Shown here: piece by piece, positions 62,351-64,000 of the stretch | How the letters are laid out: every line of letters starts with the position of its first letter | How positions within the stretch are numbered: the first letter of the stretch is position 1 | Assembly: GCA_028023455.1 (NCBI GenBank) | Contig: JAQFVV010000006.1 | Coordinates: 19,654,001-19,718,000, forward strand | Source of the DNA: Epiperipatus broadwayi | Lineage: Eukaryota; Animalia; Onychophora | Direction of reading: 5' to 3' | Length of the DNA stretch: 64,000 nt | Translations under genes and position numbers: made by a program | Notes under the pieces: generated by a model | Seen by the model: only the letters and a program-made list of their open reading frames with translations | Told to the model about the DNA's origin: nothing | Databases searched by the model: none

Positions 62351-64000
62351 AACACTCATTATTTTGTTTTTGATTAAATTTGCTAAAGGTGCAATTTCTA
62401 GAAACAATATTATTAGTGACATCACTGTAAAAAATTTTGAAAAAGACTAAATGTGAAAACAATGGTTAAGAAAGTTGGTGAAGTGTTTTTCAGAAAATAA
62501 ACTATGGACTAGTAAAATTTGGTTAAACTTGGAGAGACTTTTAACCTGAAAATCAAAATAATTATTGAAAATTGATAATAATGATACTTTAACATGCTGC
62601 AAAAAAGATATCTACCTAAAAATGATACATCTATATTATGATCAAGTATGGATTGATTAGTTTCATAATTTATTTTGGTGGACATTAGTTAATAATGTCT
62701 CATAAATATATAGTTAACAAATGTCTAAATGATCAATTAATAAAAAATAAATATGTGTATCAAAATACATTTAGCAGACATACGCATGTATATATTAATA
62801 TGAATACAGTATATTACTAAGTAAAAAATTTCTTTCCGTTTTTAACAAAAATATAAATTCACAATTTTTACAGCTGTTTACCTTATAATATAATTAAAAT
62901 CCAAAACAATACCATCATTTTAAATTACATATATATATTTTTTTTCCTTGTGAAAATTCAATGTGTTTCTCTACAACAATTTCATCTAAAAAAATATTTG
63001 CATAGTCAGGATTTCAATGGGCACTAAACATTGAAACATACTTCAAAAAAGTCCATACTGTATTGAAGAAAGTCTTTTGAAATTGCCTTCTTCAAATGTT
63101 TACTAAGACACAGCTATTACAAAAAATAAAAAGCAAATAGAATTTTTATTATTGTAAAGCAAAAAAAAAAAAGTAAATGAAAAGTAGATGAAATTTTATT
63201 TTGAATAAATTTTTATTGATTTCGCAATTTCCAGTTCAAATGGATAAAAAAATATTGATTCAAACAGAAAATATATATATATGAAAGACAGAAAAGGGAG
63301 ACAAAAAAATAAAAGAAACTTCATCAATTTTAAAATTACTATAAAATACCACCTGAAGCCCAGTTTATGGATTTAATACAATGATAAATAGCAACTATTT
63401 ATAATAATATATGTCAAAAGCGGTCTGATCAGAAATGCCATGAGGCATAACAAGATCAAATCAATAATATCTTTAATTATCAATGGTGAAGGATGTGCTC
63501 TCTCTAACACTAAATTAGTATTTAATATTTATAGCAAGGTCATGTATGTGTATGCGTGTAATTGCAATACATCATGTAAGAGAGTGTGTGTGTATGTATA
63601 CTCACACATTAAAAACGTCTCACTAAAAGTAATGTAAGACTGTTTTAAATAGTACATCCAAAGCAAAGATCTCTCCTAACACTTCATAGAGTAACAGTGA
63701 AAGAGAGACTACTCATCCGGTTAGACAACTGCAGGATAGTGGGGTTTGAACAATTTTCCACTGTAATTTTATCTTTTAGATACTCATTATCAGGCAATAT
63801 TGGATCAGTAGCTATAGGATGGCTGTGTTAAAAAAATTCCTCTATCCGAAATCTGAAAAAATGTTCAAGACTTGAGCCATTTTGTAGGCATTGCAAGAAG
63901 CCATGAAGTCTGTAAATCTAATACAGAGCAAATTTTTGAAGTTGAACAGATGAACAGACACTAGTTGGACAATAAAGGCTTACGAATATCTGTTATAGAG

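Overview
AT-rich eukaryotic (almost certainly invertebrate animal) DNA made mostly of decayed transposable elements. No intact host gene, rRNA, functional tRNA, CRISPR array or prokaryotic feature can be supported. Recognisable by eye: (1) a Gypsy-type LTR derivative at ~29.3-32.1 kb in which an intron-less Ig-Fn3-Ig fragment of a titin/twitchin-family gene sits between a gag-like ORF and the integrase C-terminus, fused in frame at both junctions; (2) two Penelope-like elements, each with a 5' inverted segment and a candidate TSD (53.9-57.0 kb, 59.4-61.0 kb); (3) minimal type-I hammerhead ribozyme folds at 22.9 kb and 46.9/47.5 kb, the latter bounding a ~466-nt retrozyme-like monomer; (4) a ~4-kb Buster/Charlie hAT with TIRs and TSD, carrying a nested LINE and the hammerhead unit; (5) two Merlin derivatives, one complete with TIRs and an 8-bp TSD; (6) RTE-like LINE relics, tRNA-Gly-derived SINEs (one with its empty site next door), solo-LTR remnants, local duplications and a 500-N gap. 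All calls rest on manual motif reading and alignment; no searches or folding programs were run, and boundaries without a TIR or TSD are approximate.
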